This document shows, one piece after another, positions 1-10,376 of a stretch of DNA of 64,000 nt. The stretch spans positions 284,583 to 348,582 of IMG/VR virus record IMGVR_UViG_3300027770_000025; one strand, 5' to 3'. Under the pieces are notes generated by a model, which saw nothing but the letters and a program-made list of their open reading frames with translations, was not told the DNA's origin and searched no databases. The number at the start of each line of letters is the position of its first letter. Within the stretch, counting starts at the first letter, position 1. The position numbers were made by a program, and so were the translations under genes.

Positions 1-955
1 CACTCTGATTTACATTATTACCTGCCCTAGAGGTTAAGGTATATCCATTTATAAAATAAGGCACTAAGCCAAATCCTACCCTATTAGTTATAACCAAAGG
101 TACAGTTTGAGCTGTTGGTGCGGTTCCCTCCGGAAGAGCAGCATCTATTTTATTACCCGCCGAGGTATATCCAGGTAAAATCCTAGCCTCTGCTTTAGGA
201 TCTTTATCAAATGCAAATTGAGATCCAAGGTTAACAAAATTAAGATTATAATAAGGATCTATCCAGCAATCATAAAAGCTAGTATCGTCGTCTTTATAAG
301 ATCTAAGTGAAACCTCCTGTATGAAATCATAATAAGAATAATTTGGACATATCCAAGTCATTTTATCCGCTAGCGATTTATCATTAGAAGAAAATCCCAG
401 ATTCAAATCTTGCGAGACCTCAAGCAGAGTATCGTGTGAATTTAAACTACTGAATGATTTTATTCGGTTTGTGTAAATTCCGGGTATTCTGCATTCTGCA
501 ACTATATTAAATCTTAAATTAATACCCTTCCCCTCAGGATCACTTCCAGATTCAGAGTATTTACTCGATACATCACTAGCAACATTTAGTATATTAAAAT
601 CCATTCTTATTGGCTTATAGTAATCACCAGGTGCTCTCATGTAGAGAGAAACTATGTCTCCATCTTTAGGGTAATTCACTGATATAAATATGCTTTCAGC
701 TGCAATAAAAGAAAATCTGATGACTGGCATAAACCCACCAAGATCCATGTCAAATTTAGTAAGATATAGCGAAATATTATAACCATTAATCGAAATAAAC
801 GGCACATTTAATCCCGTAGATTTTTCTGCAGTTTCCCCTGAACTTCTTAATGAATTAACATCACTAGCTCCGTTAGCAAGGTCAGTCTGAACTAGCTCGT
901 CCAGCTTCATGTTGTTTAGTGCTGAACTAGATATAATTATAGAATCTCTTTCCAT
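1..955 (-). CDS. Baseplate hub-like protein (T4 gp27/VgrG-like), 3' end beyond window
   Basis: Not in the ORF track. ATG at 955, translated by hand as MERDSIIISSSALNNMKLDELVQ...YPKDGDIVSLYMRAPGDYYKPIRMDFNI...MTWICPNYSYYDFIQEV...FYDCWIDPYYNLNFVNL. Directly follows the gp53/LysM-like gene. Confidence 0.55.
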   Translation of the reverse strand, partial: MERDSIIISSSALNNMKLDELVQTDLANGASDVNSLRSSGETAEKSTGLNVPFISINGYNISLYLTKFDMDLGGFMPVIRFSFIAAESIFISVNYPKDGDIVSLYMRAPGDYYKPIRMDFNILNVASDVSSKYSESGSDPEGKGINLRFNIVAECRIPGIYTNRIKSFSSLNSHDTLLEVSQDLNLGFSSNDKSLADKMTWICPNYSYYDFIQEVSLRSYKDDDTSFYDCWIDPYYNLNFVNLGSQFAFDKDPKAEARILPGYTSAGNKIDAALPEGTAPTAQTVPLVITNRVGFGLVPYFINGYTLTSRAGNNVNQS

Positions 956-961
956 TTATCT

Positions 962-1552
962 TTAGCTTGTCTGCGGTGTATTGAATCCTCCTCCGCCAGC
1001 ATTCGGAGCGAATACAAAGAATCCTTTTTTCTTTAATATTGTCTTTTCCCCTGGTTGTAATACATTAGGTGGAAGATTAAGCTCGGGCTTATTTTTTATT
1101 TTATCCTGTAAAAATTTCTTTCTGCCGTCACTCACTTTAAATTTTTTCTGCTCCTGATTTTTCTTGAATACGTTATTAGGATTTGTATTTGTATTAGAAG
1201 TAACCTGCTGATTCTGTATTTTCTTAACCCTAAAAGTTTCCTTTACCGTACTGGCATCAGGGATTGCTAAAGCCATACCCTCCTTTAAAGCAAAGGGATT
1301 ACCTATTGCATTAAACTTTAATAGCGACCCAACCATACCGGGATCTCCCAGTTTAATAGCTGCTATTAGATCTGGTCTCATTTGATAATACTCGGTAACA
1401 ATAAAGAAAGAAGCTATCGATACAGGTAAGTTTTTATATGTTATAGAAGCTTTAGTTAAATCCCATATACCATAGGTTCCCGTTGTATTCAAATCAGTTT
1501 GAGGATTGAATACTGATTTATTCTGGGTGATGGTGTCTATTATTAATGCCAT
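962..1552 (-). CDS. Baseplate wedge gp53 / P2 gpX-like LysM-type protein
   Basis: RPDLIA...LLKFNAIGNPFALKEGMALAIP pattern typical of the LysM-like gp53/gpX fold; baseplate gene context. Confidence 0.65.
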   Translation of the reverse strand: MALIIDTITQNKSVFNPQTDLNTTGTYGIWDLTKASITYKNLPVSIASFFIVTEYYQMRPDLIAAIKLGDPGMVGSLLKFNAIGNPFALKEGMALAIPDASTVKETFRVKKIQNQQVTSNTNTNPNNVFKKNQEQKKFKVSDGRKKFLQDKIKNKPELNLPPNVLQPGEKTILKKKGFFVFAPNAGGGGFNTPQTS

Positions 1553-1562
1553 TTTATATTAA

Positions 1563-3434
1563 TTAATTTCCTTCCGGACCTAAAGTATCAGGTAAATCGT
1601 CAATCTGGCTATTCCATAAGCCGGTCGATAATGCTTGATCCGGGGTATCCTCGCTAAGTACGTTTCCTGCTACATCAGCAAATGCACCAAAGCTTTGTAA
1701 GTTAGCAGATGTTTTTTGAGTGCTATGATAAAGTCTTCCGTCCCCTCTATTGAATATGCTTTCAATCTCACCCCTTTCCCTGCTTCTTGCGTGTTTGAGT
1801 GTGAATGTTGCTTTCATAGTAGTTGGAAAATCATCAGGTCCTAGCGTGTCACCAAATCCAATAGTAACACCATCACATATTAAATTTCCAATCATTGCAA
1901 TAGGATTACATGGATTGCCTATAACTACATGCCATTCTCCTATTGGTGCTCCTGTTAAAAAGCTTAAAGGTGCTTGGTACTTCTCTATAAATTCACCAGT
2001 CATAGCTGTTTTCAAGAATCTAGAAGCATCGTCGCCTAAAGCATTTGTTATTTCTGCTAGTGTATCTGATATATTATTTCCTGAATTTTTACCCAATCTT
2101 GTATAGATCTCCTTTATCTTAGCAATCGATGCCTCGTCGGTTCCCCCCTGGTCTCCACCTACAGTTTCTGGTGTCTCCGATGAATCGCTACCCCCTGTGA
2201 CGTTAGCTATCTTGGATCCATAGGTAAGTAACCATCCCATAGGATCTTTATAGTATTCTTGAAGCCCCTCATCTCCACCAGGAAATCCTATGGCAGGAAA
2301 GTTGCTGTTATATCTAATATCCGGAGTTAAAAAATTACCATAATTTGTACCGATCGATAAAAGATTACCCATTAAATCCAAAAAAGCAGCTTTACTATTA
2401 ACCTCACCAACTGAGCTTAATTCATATTCAAATATTAGACTTAATCCCTCCCATGTAAAACTAAGACCTGTACCTCTGGTATATCCATCGGTAACAACAT
2501 CAACAGGGGTCCAGATATATTCCCCCATTATACCAGCTCTTTCCTTAGCAAGATCTCTTAGCCCCTTAGCTCTTATACCCTTAGATATTGTTTCATCCTC
2601 GTCAGTTGCAATCATGATTCCTTCAGAAAGAGCTGCAGTCGCATCAAAAGCATTACCCATGTCTTCAGATATTTTCTGCATAGCGCCGCCAAAAAATTTA
2701 ATTGGGCCATCCTGGAAAAATCCCTTAGAAAAAGCTTCCTGTACTAAAGTAGCTCCCTGAGAACTTGTGCTCCATACTATGCCTGTACTAAATGTAATAA
2801 GCTCGGTTAGAGCATTTCCCGTATTACCTCCAAACCAGGTAACTGCCTGTGCAACAGGTCTTCCTGCTCCCCCTGCATGATATGATTCGCTGCTTTTAAT
2901 ACTATTCTTTTCGCCAGGTACAGAAAGATTATCCAAAACTGGTGTGGGAAATCTTCTCAGGGTTATCATATAGTTATTCGGGATAGTACCATAGTATTTA
3001 CAGTACAAGAAGTCTTTCCAGTAGTAAGGTGCAGAAAGTCCGCCTATTATTGATCCCTCAACGCTACCAAGAAGACCACTTAATATTCCAGTGTTCACGT
3101 CGGCTACTGATTCGAATGTTGCAGTTTCTCTAACAAGAAAACCCGCTGTTGGATTTTTAGATTGTATTGAAGATACCCTAGTGTTATAGTCGGAAGATTC
3201 TGATCTGTAATAAGCATCAATGAAATCGTTTCCCCCGCTTCCTAGCGAATAAAAAAGATATTGCCCATATTTTCCAGGATTCCTCTTAGAAGCCTCGTAG
3301 AATAAACTCCTGGCAGTTGGACCCTTATATGGATTATTAGAACCTAGATTGCTTGCTTCCGATATAATATCATTAGCAGTACCCTGAAGCGTTGCTTCAT
3401 AGAGTAAACCAATCTTTTGCTTATCTGCTGGCAT
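1563..3434 (-). CDS. Putative baseplate/tail-tube initiator protein (gp48/gp54-like)
   Basis: C-terminal IGNLICDGVTIGFGDTLGPDDFPTTMKATFTLKH resembles tube-fold initiator C-termini; context. Confidence 0.45.
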   Translation of the reverse strand: MPADKQKIGLLYEATLQGTANDIISEASNLGSNNPYKGPTARSLFYEASKRNPGKYGQYLFYSLGSGGNDFIDAYYRSESSDYNTRVSSIQSKNPTAGFLVRETATFESVADVNTGILSGLLGSVEGSIIGGLSAPYYWKDFLYCKYYGTIPNNYMITLRRFPTPVLDNLSVPGEKNSIKSSESYHAGGAGRPVAQAVTWFGGNTGNALTELITFSTGIVWSTSSQGATLVQEAFSKGFFQDGPIKFFGGAMQKISEDMGNAFDATAALSEGIMIATDEDETISKGIRAKGLRDLAKERAGIMGEYIWTPVDVVTDGYTRGTGLSFTWEGLSLIFEYELSSVGEVNSKAAFLDLMGNLLSIGTNYGNFLTPDIRYNSNFPAIGFPGGDEGLQEYYKDPMGWLLTYGSKIANVTGGSDSSETPETVGGDQGGTDEASIAKIKEIYTRLGKNSGNNISDTLAEITNALGDDASRFLKTAMTGEFIEKYQAPLSFLTGAPIGEWHVVIGNPCNPIAMIGNLICDGVTIGFGDTLGPDDFPTTMKATFTLKHARSRERGEIESIFNRGDGRLYHSTQKTSANLQSFGAFADVAGNVLSEDTPDQALSTGLWNSQIDDLPDTLGPEGN

Positions 3435-3454
3435 TTTTAGCTATCACTATTTTT

Positions 3455-3784
3455 TTACAAATTGTGGATAGCATAATCTATTGTTTCTGGGAATTCCTCA
3501 AGAAACTCCTCCAAATTTGATTTAAAGTCAGGAGGCATGTTTCTATAGCAAACAAGTATACTATCACACTTGTTACTATATATTCCTTGAGTTATTTTAT
3601 TACGAATTGAATGATTTAGTATAAATTCTGATTCTGGATTTAGATTAATCGTCTCATACCCAAGATCCCTTATTATTTTGGTTATGTCTATAACATAGAA
3701 ATCGCAAGAAAAATTTGATCTTTTCCTTGCTTCTTTTGGAGAGTTCTTGGAGATATAAAAATTAACATTAGTTCCTTTATCCAT
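3455..3784 (-). CDS. Hypothetical protein
   Basis: ORF tightly packed in the minus-strand operon. Confidence 0.7.
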   Translation of the reverse strand: MDKGTNVNFYISKNSPKEARKRSNFSCDFYVIDITKIIRDLGYETINLNPESEFILNHSIRNKITQGIYSNKCDSILVCYRNMPPDFKSNLEEFLEEFPETIDYAIHNL

Positions 3785-3786
3785 TA

Positions 3787-4065
3787 TTAACTATTTTCTA
3801 TTTTGTCCCAATCTTTGCTTAATAGCATCGAATGAAAGCTATCATATTCGTTGGATTCGTTTCGGTAGGTAAATATTTCGTTATCTACAATGCTATTAGG
3901 TGTTTCTTTCTTCTGATTGATTATCTGTTGATTCTTCATATCCTGTAAATTTTGTCTATGAATCTCGTTTCCTGCCTCTATGCTGGAAAAATGTGAAAAT
4001 TGTTTATTTGGCTTAAGTAAACCAAACTGTCTGAGTAGCTTTCTTCTCTCTCTTCTATTTTCCAT
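3787..4065 (-). CDS. Hypothetical protein (basic N-terminus NRRERRK)
   Basis: ORF packed in operon. Confidence 0.7.
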   Translation of the reverse strand: MENRRERRKLLRQFGLLKPNKQFSHFSSIEAGNEIHRQNLQDMKNQQIINQKKETPNSIVDNEIFTYRNESNEYDSFHSMLLSKDWDKIENS

Positions 4066-4081
4066 TTATAATTTATTTATT

Positions 4082-4669
4082 TTAGATATCTACGCTAAAT
4101 CCTTTTGATTTACCAAAAGTTGAATCGTCTCTATTATAAAGATCCATGCCAACTACAAACTTAAAAAGTTTTAAAAATATTGCAGGGACAAATACGTCTT
4201 TTGCTTTAACCACGTCGTTAGCAGGAATGAAAATGAACTCTGATAATCTTTCCGATTCTGTCCCATCTGTCGTAGGAGTACCCCTTTCTATTCCAGTGAC
4301 ATCAACACCAAAGCAAGGATGCTCCGCATCCACCATTTTAGAGGCCGTTACCGTGCCTAAAAAGTGCCACTTAGTGTTATCATCAATATCAAATCCTGAC
4401 TCTTCTTTTAGCTCTCTTTTAGCTGTTTCTAGGAAGTCCGGATCTTCGTCTTCTGCGGTACCTGATATTAGGCTAATCGAATATCCACCTTCCCTAAAAG
4501 GATTTTTTTCTTTAAGAACTCCTAGCATTAAGGGTAGTCCTTGATCGTCAGTAATAAAAGGTAAAATCACTACAGATTCTACTGTTGATCTTATTCCTAT
4601 TTTACCGTCTATCTCAACAACATCGAATCTTGGGGTTGTTAAAAGTATTTTTTCCTCAGGGTTATTCAT
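4082..4669 (-). CDS. NUDIX hydrolase
   Basis: Nudix box GTAEDEDPDFLETAKRELKEESG. Confidence 0.9.
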   Translation of the reverse strand: MNNPEEKILLTTPRFDVVEIDGKIGIRSTVESVVILPFITDDQGLPLMLGVLKEKNPFREGGYSISLISGTAEDEDPDFLETAKRELKEESGFDIDDNTKWHFLGTVTASKMVDAEHPCFGVDVTGIERGTPTTDGTESERLSEFIFIPANDVVKAKDVFVPAIFLKLFKFVVGMDLYNRDDSTFGKSKGFSVDI

Positions 4670-5330
4670 TGTCAGTTTCTTTATTATTTGTTACTAATGT
4701 TCTTTTATCTGATGCTCCAGGAGAAGGAGATTTAGATTTTTCCACCTTTTCGTAATAAGACTTTTTAATAGAATCAGCCAGAGAAGCTTTAATATCCTCT
4801 ATATCTACTCCATCTAAAACAAAGTCTATAATTTCTCTTTCCGCATCTTCAAAAGAACCTGATAAAACTGTATAAAGATCCTTAGGAGGAAGATTCAATT
4901 TTATTTTAATTGAAACATCAACCATGTTCTTTTTCTGTTTCTTCAGTAGCTTATATATCGGAGAATCGTTTTGTGAGATTTTAGAATCTTCGTATATGAT
5001 GGATGTAACCGTTGTCTGCTCATTCGGTCTCGTATGAATCTGCTGATTATTAACGGGAATGACCTGTGCAAGTTGTGCGGGTAGCATAATCACATACTCA
5101 TTAAGAAGCTCTGAATTTATTCTTTTCCCGCTCTGAAATTCTATAAATGAAATATCTCCATTTAATACGATGTCCTTGTATTTTTCATCGATTCCAATGT
5201 CATCCCCTTTGATCCACTGGTAATCAAATGAGCTATAATGTGAGCGAGCATCATTTATTGTTTGTTCACTTATTTCCATTTTTTTCTTTTTTTTATTCCC
5301 CTTATTAAATAATGAAGATAATATCCCCAT
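4662..5330 (-). CDS. Hypothetical protein
   Basis: ORF overlapping the NUDIX start by 8 nt; the true start may be MEISEQ. Confidence 0.7.
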   Translation of the reverse strand: MGILSSLFNKGNKKKKKMEISEQTINDARSHYSSFDYQWIKGDDIGIDEKYKDIVLNGDISFIEFQSGKRINSELLNEYVIMLPAQLAQVIPVNNQQIHTRPNEQTTVTSIIYEDSKISQNDSPIYKLLKKQKKNMVDVSIKIKLNLPPKDLYTVLSGSFEDAEREIIDFVLDGVDIEDIKASLADSIKKSYYEKVEKSKSPSPGASDKRTLVTNNKETDNE

Positions 5331-5334
5331 AGCT

Positions 5335-5604
5335 TTACTTTTTATCAGATTTTTTAGTAATTGTTTCTAAAGTACTTTGGTTATATAATTCACCGAGGGA
5401 TCTTATGTTGCTATAAAGATCTCCGGTGGTTATCCAGGAGGACTCACCTTTTTTACTTTTTCTCTTATCATATTTCCAGACCTCTATTATATTATCTAGA
5501 TCCTTATCTGGATGCCGGGAATACTCTACCGCAGAATACCCTGGAATCTTACTTAAAGTAAGTCTTTCCCCATAGGGTAAAACAAAATTCTCATCTATCT
5601 CCAT
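5335..5604 (-). CDS. Hypothetical protein
   Basis: First gene after a GAAAC-N18-TACAAT promoter motif. Confidence 0.65.
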   Translation of the reverse strand: MEIDENFVLPYGERLTLSKIPGYSAVEYSRHPDKDLDNIIEVWKYDKRKSKKGESSWITTGDLYSNIRSLGELYNQSTLETITKKSDKK

Positions 5605-5609
5605 ACCTA

Positions 5610-5638
5610 ATTGTAGAAATCAGAAGAGCCTTTGTTTC
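5610..5638 (-). promoter_or_regulatory. Putative middle promoter GAAAC-N18-TACAAT
   Basis: Same motif and spacing at 6 intergenic sites. Confidence 0.6.
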
Positions 5639-5649
5639 GGTTTACGTAT

Positions 5650-6567
5650 TTATTCTTCTGGCATTTTTGCAGAGATCTCTTCAACTTTTCTTTTGTCGAT
5701 GAATTCGGAAAGTAATGAAGCTATATTTTTTAGCATCTCTCTGTCTTGAGATCCTGAATCTACGGATCTTTTATAGTGGTTAAGTAAAGACTCCTCATCA
5801 GAATTGCTCTGTATATCCATTGCTCTCCTAGTTAAATATTTAATATAAGGATCTGGATTTTTTACATCGCTAAAACCACAGGGAACTGTAATTATACCCA
5901 TATCTTGAATTTTAAAAGAGGTTTTTTTATTTAGAGAATCGTTGTTTATATAAACACAAGGATGATGATCGCTAGAATTTAGATATATTTTAAATTCAGA
6001 TAAAAGATCATCTTTAGATCTCTTTGATATCTCGATAAGCATTCCATTATCTAGTGTAGCATCCCAAATATAATCACCGCAGGATTCAAATGATTCTATG
6101 GAACCAGGTATACCTATCAGATCCATAAGCAATTCTACATCGTCTTGTGCATTTTGTTTTATTCTATCTTGTCCTGTGGTTTTTGAATATTCTAAGTGAT
6201 TTGCAAATTCCTCGATAAAGTCATCCATTCTTGATTTGTTATCTTCTTTTGATATCCACTTCTTATTCGGATCTAAGTCTAATTCTATTATAGCGCCATC
6301 AGCATCTTTTTTAAATGAAATTGCGTCATTGGGTATCCAAACGTGATCAGATTCTTTGCCATCTGAATCGACATAGCATATAGCTATAGATGTTCCATTT
6401 TTCTTAGGAATTATTATTTTATCTGAGGGTACTTCCTTTTCTCCAGCTGTTAAATCAATTGCGGATATAATATAACCACCGTCCCACGAATCTTTAATCC
6501 CGGGGATCTGGTAAGATTGACTCTCGTTAATTTTATTCTTCTGAAAATCTTTAAATCCTAATACCAT
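5650..6567 (-). CDS. Putative internal head protein (CTS-like N-terminus MVLGFKDFQKNKINE)
   Basis: Start re-placed at ATG 6567 to avoid overlap; T4 capsid-targeting-like motif. Confidence 0.55.
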   Translation of the reverse strand: MVLGFKDFQKNKINESQSYQIPGIKDSWDGGYIISAIDLTAGEKEVPSDKIIIPKKNGTSIAICYVDSDGKESDHVWIPNDAISFKKDADGAIIELDLDPNKKWISKEDNKSRMDDFIEEFANHLEYSKTTGQDRIKQNAQDDVELLMDLIGIPGSIESFESCGDYIWDATLDNGMLIEISKRSKDDLLSEFKIYLNSSDHHPCVYINNDSLNKKTSFKIQDMGIITVPCGFSDVKNPDPYIKYLTRRAMDIQSNSDEESLLNHYKRSVDSGSQDREMLKNIASLLSEFIDKRKVEEISAKMPEE

Positions 6568-6571
6568 ATTA

Positions 6572-7012
6572 TTATACGTTATCGTTTCCAAAAGAAACCG
6601 TGATTTTAAAATTCTTTGGATCCGTAGATTTATTCATATCAATGGATAAATTACTGGGATAAGTAGGCATTACACTAGCAAGCTTTTCCACATTAAGTTG
6701 GCTATAATCTATTGTTTTGCCCGGTATCAAATCTATATCAAATTGTTTATGCTCGTTCGGATAATCATCCACGCTAAACTCTAGCTCTATTAGATCGATA
6801 TTAAATACGAAATCATCAATACCTGATTTTTTAATTATCAGATCAATGCTATATTCAATAAAAGCTTTAGAATCGTCAATGTCGCTATATTCCTCTGGTC
6901 TGTTAAAAAGATCGATTTCAATATATTTTAGTTCCGTGCCAAATGAGTAATCACCTCTAGAACTACCCTTCTTAGAAGAGCTAAATGCAGAATAGTCGTA
7001 AATTCTTCCCAC
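6572..7012 (-). CDS. Hypothetical late protein (GTG start, RIYDYSAF motif)
   Basis: Preceded by GATATATA motif at 7032-7039. Confidence 0.65.
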   Translation of the reverse strand: MGRIYDYSAFSSSKKGSSRGDYSFGTELKYIEIDLFNRPEEYSDIDDSKAFIEYSIDLIIKKSGIDDFVFNIDLIELEFSVDDYPNEHKQFDIDLIPGKTIDYSQLNVEKLASVMPTYPSNLSIDMNKSTDPKNFKITVSFGNDNV

Positions 7013-7031
7013 TTTTGTTAGATTTTTCTTC

Positions 7032-7071
7032 TATATATCCAATTTACTATTTTTAATAGCAGGAATATATA
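7032..7071. promoter_or_regulatory. Back-to-back late promoter motifs (GATATATA minus 7032-7039; AATATATA plus 7064-7071)
   Basis: Same motif lies about 18-30 nt upstream of structural genes throughout the window. Confidence 0.6.
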
Positions 7072-7100
7072 ATTAAGTATACTAACTAAATAATAAGGGT

Positions 7101-7829
7101 ATGTCAAAGAGCATAAGTCCTATATGGTTCCTTAGAGAGCCTATAGATCCGGAGCACAAAGAGTATGTGCTATTAGATTACTTAAAAGAAACGAGTAAGG
7201 GGTTAAACAAGGAAAATTGTTACCCTATAATGAAAGAAATATCACGGATTGTAAAAATACTAAACGAATTTAGAAAGGATAAGATAATTAGTGAATCAGT
7301 CAAGAAGTCTCTAGGAAAAGAGGACAGAGAATATATCAATTCTTTTGTCCTTATTAATCTTCTACCAGAGCAAAGGGAAACACTAAATATTATAATAGAA
7401 GACTCACTGGATACATTATATGATTATTCGGAGATATGTCTGGACATTTTAAAAGAAGAAGAATCTAAAATAAAAATATTTAGAATTCAATCAAAATTTG
7501 ATGACGCGGATAATCTAGTAAATTCAGGGATAGTTATTATCAGAAATATGGTAACAGATAAACTACTTAATTATTTCTTTAAATCAAACGTTAGAATGGA
7601 AACGCCAGATGGAGAAAAGGAGGTTTCAATTTTAAAAAAAATACACCTAAAAAATTCATTCTTCTCATTGAACTATGAGTATATCTACCATGAGATACTA
7701 AATGAAATAAACACAGATAATAAATACTCGCCTAAATTCTATGTTGTTGAAATATACGAGAACTTTGAAGAAACATCAGAGATCTATAAGTTAGCTAAAG
7801 AGAAATTCATAGAACATATAGGGATATAA
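7101..7829 (+). CDS. Hypothetical protein (only convincing plus-strand gene)
   Basis: 242 aa, non-overlapping, own promoter motif, ends at a bidirectional terminator. Confidence 0.8.
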   Translation: MSKSISPIWFLREPIDPEHKEYVLLDYLKETSKGLNKENCYPIMKEISRIVKILNEFRKDKIISESVKKSLGKEDREYINSFVLINLLPEQRETLNIIIEDSLDTLYDYSEICLDILKEEESKIKIFRIQSKFDDADNLVNSGIVIIRNMVTDKLLNYFFKSNVRMETPDGEKEVSILKKIHLKNSFFSLNYEYIYHEILNEINTDNKYSPKFYVVEIYENFEETSEIYKLAKEKFIEHIGI

Positions 7830-7836
7830 AGATCAC

Positions 7837-7862
7837 AAAAAAAGAGCCTATTGGCTCTTTTT
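7837..7862. terminator. Bidirectional intrinsic terminator
   Basis: AAAAAAAGAGCC-TATT-GGCTCTTTTT between convergent genes. Confidence 0.85.
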
Positions 7863-7880
7863 ATTATAGAGTTATTCTTT

Positions 7881-8225
7881 TTAAAAATTATTTAGTCTTT
7901 TAATAAAAGAATTGTTATCTAAAGACTCATTAGTATCCATATTAGCAATATTACCAAATCCTGCTACATCCATCATACCGGGTTTCCCGTTGAGATCTAT
8001 TCTATAACCAGGTGAATCTATTTTAGATTGCTTAGCAAAAACTGCATCTGCATATCCTGCATAATCGTATGCTGGTTCTCTTTTTATTTCGGATTGTCCC
8101 GATTTTGAAGATATCTCTCCTGTCTGATTTTCACCAGAAAGAGGTTTGTATGTGTTATCATGCACTTTTGAAAGAAACTTCTTAAAATCTAAGATTTCCC
8201 TTTGTGTTACGTTTTGTATATTCAT
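7881..8225 (-). CDS. Hypothetical, putative internal head protein
   Basis: ILDFKKF motif, TNES site, late operon. Confidence 0.6.
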   Translation of the reverse strand: MNIQNVTQREILDFKKFLSKVHDNTYKPLSGENQTGEISSKSGQSEIKREPAYDYAGYADAVFAKQSKIDSPGYRIDLNGKPGMMDVAGFGNIANMDTNESLDNNSFIKRLNNF

Positions 8226-8242
8226 GTTTTTAGTTTTTAATA

Positions 8243-8905
8243 TTAAGCTTCTTTTTTTCCAGTCAAAGAATTCCAGAAAGTTGAAAGATAATCCATTGCT
8301 CCTTTATCAGAATTCGATTGTGATGCAGAGCTAGGGTTTCCGTAGAATTGTGATGCCTTATCTCTTGCAATACTAGAAAGCTGATTTTTGTCGGTATCAC
8401 TTAGTGATGCTAAAGCATCTCTTCCGACAGATCCTTTTGCTCCTGGTCCTCCGAATGCTTCTATTAATGCGTTCTCAATTATAGCTTTTCCTTTTTCTGA
8501 TTGTAATCCTTCTCTCAATGTTGAGTAAAGCCATCCGGTAGGTTTTATACCCATTTGGGTAGCTAAACTATCCAAACCTTTTCTTTGTATAAACTCTTGT
8601 AAAGCTTTTGCCATTAGCGGAGCAAGATAATCAACGTTAGCTTTTTCCCCTGTTAATAATTCAGGGTAATCCTCAATCGGAATCTGATCTACAACTTCCT
8701 GTACTATAACGGACATATTGGAGTTTTCTTCAACACCAATCTGTTCCATTAACTTAGCAGCAACCTTTTGCTTTATAGTTTTTCTTAGACCCTCTCCGGC
8801 AAATCCAAGTAAGCCATTAAAGAATCCGCCTAAATCGCTAAACTGGAATGATTCGTTTGTTTCTCCATCCGAAAATGAATCAAAATTTTTAATAATTCTA
8901 GACAT
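8243..8905 (-). CDS. Putative internal head protein (MSRIIKNFDSFSDGETNES)
   Basis: CTS-like N-terminus; late motif at 8926-8933. Confidence 0.6.
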   Translation of the reverse strand: MSRIIKNFDSFSDGETNESFQFSDLGGFFNGLLGFAGEGLRKTIKQKVAAKLMEQIGVEENSNMSVIVQEVVDQIPIEDYPELLTGEKANVDYLAPLMAKALQEFIQRKGLDSLATQMGIKPTGWLYSTLREGLQSEKGKAIIENALIEAFGGPGAKGSVGRDALASLSDTDKNQLSSIARDKASQFYGNPSSASQSNSDKGAMDYLSTFWNSLTGKKEA

Positions 8906-8963
8906 CTATATTCTTTTATTTTATCTATATATCCACAGAAGAATTATTAATCCAAGGGGTATG

Positions 8964-10370
8964 CTATATGTTGTCCAGAAAAAGATCCACAGCTTTTTGT
9001 CTGTATTTAAGCTTATCCTCCTTGATCTCTGGATTTTTTAATGCCTCTTTCTTCCTATTGACAACAGAGTCGGGAAGCATTGGTCCGAATGTGTCTTTTA
9101 GAATCTTTTTATCAGTTCTCCATTCGAGCGGAAGATGTAAAGCAAATCTAACTATATCAAGGTTTAAGAAGGGGCTTCTTAGCTCTAGAGTATGAGCCAT
9201 AGACATCTTATCCAATCTAGGTAAATGATAATAAGACAGTTCATCAAATACATCAGATTGCTGGGAGTCATATTCATGTATTCTTGAATATCCTCCAAAT
9301 AGCTCATCAGATCCATCACCACTTAAAACTATTCTATAACCAGATTCTTTCTTAACTGCCTCAAATAAATGATACTGCGGGATCACTGATCCTAAATCCA
9401 CCGGTGTTTCATTCCATAGCGTGTATATAAGAGCATTCTTACTTGAATCCATACTATAGTCTAGAAAATTGACAGAAGTGCTTAAATGTGCGCTTAAATC
9501 GTTTACAAACGGTGTTTCCCCATTCTCTATAGTAAACCACGTAACCTTGGCATTCATTTCTTTTAGTACCCCTGCTATAATCGAAGAATCAAGACCCCCT
9601 GATACCAAAAGTGATATTGGGTAGTTCTTAGAGACAAGTCTATTTTTTACGCTCTCAAACATCTTATCCCACAGCCAACTCATGTGTGTCTCGTAATCTG
9701 CACCTTCTAGTTCGGATATTGGTGATTCCCATGTTCTGTAATAAGGACCATATGTTTGTTCAAATAGAGGAGACGCTATATTATAAAAATAAAACGTATT
9801 AGGTAGAATCCTTTTAATCGATTTAATCGGTGTTCTGTTGTCCTTATTGTAACCCCATTTTCTGATAGCACTTATATAGGTTTCGTCTAGCTCATCCAAT
9901 ACAGTGGTAAGACCCTTGATCTCCGAACAAATCTCACCAAGATCATTCTTATAAAGGCATTTCTTTCCCAATGGATCAGTAAATGCGATTACACTTCCTT
10001 TATTAGAATCGTATATTACTACCGCCCAAAATCCATCCCATGTTTGTATATGGGGTAAATATGCAGCAGCAAAGAATTCTAGATTTCCCCCTTTATATCC
10101 GCTGAATAAACTGCATAAATATTCCGTATCAGAAGAAAATGTATTCCTGTCATAATTAAATATTTCCCCATTGAACATCAAATACACCCCGGGAGAAACT
10201 TCTCTTGGCTGATTCCATTCGTCACCATCGGATGTTTGTATAGGCAATCTATGATGACATAATGTAATCTTATCAAGTTCCTCTACAGATCTTTCAATTC
10301 CCCTATGTTTTATCGTATCTAAAATTTCAGGATGTTTATCCGCTCTAGTTGTTAATAATATTCCGCACAT
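8964..10370 (-). CDS. asnB: Asparagine synthetase B-like glutamine amidotransferase
   Basis: N-terminal MCGI (Ntn Cys), FNGEIFNY, SGGLDSS PP-loop, SGDGSDELFGGY, RLDKMSMAHTLELRSPFL. Confidence 0.9.
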   Translation of the reverse strand: MCGILLTTRADKHPEILDTIKHRGIERSVEELDKITLCHHRLPIQTSDGDEWNQPREVSPGVYLMFNGEIFNYDRNTFSSDTEYLCSLFSGYKGGNLEFFAAAYLPHIQTWDGFWAVVIYDSNKGSVIAFTDPLGKKCLYKNDLGEICSEIKGLTTVLDELDETYISAIRKWGYNKDNRTPIKSIKRILPNTFYFYNIASPLFEQTYGPYYRTWESPISELEGADYETHMSWLWDKMFESVKNRLVSKNYPISLLVSGGLDSSIIAGVLKEMNAKVTWFTIENGETPFVNDLSAHLSTSVNFLDYSMDSSKNALIYTLWNETPVDLGSVIPQYHLFEAVKKESGYRIVLSGDGSDELFGGYSRIHEYDSQQSDVFDELSYYHLPRLDKMSMAHTLELRSPFLNLDIVRFALHLPLEWRTDKKILKDTFGPMLPDSVVNRKKEALKNPEIKEDKLKYRQKAVDLFLDNI

Positions 10371-10376
10371 GTTTTT

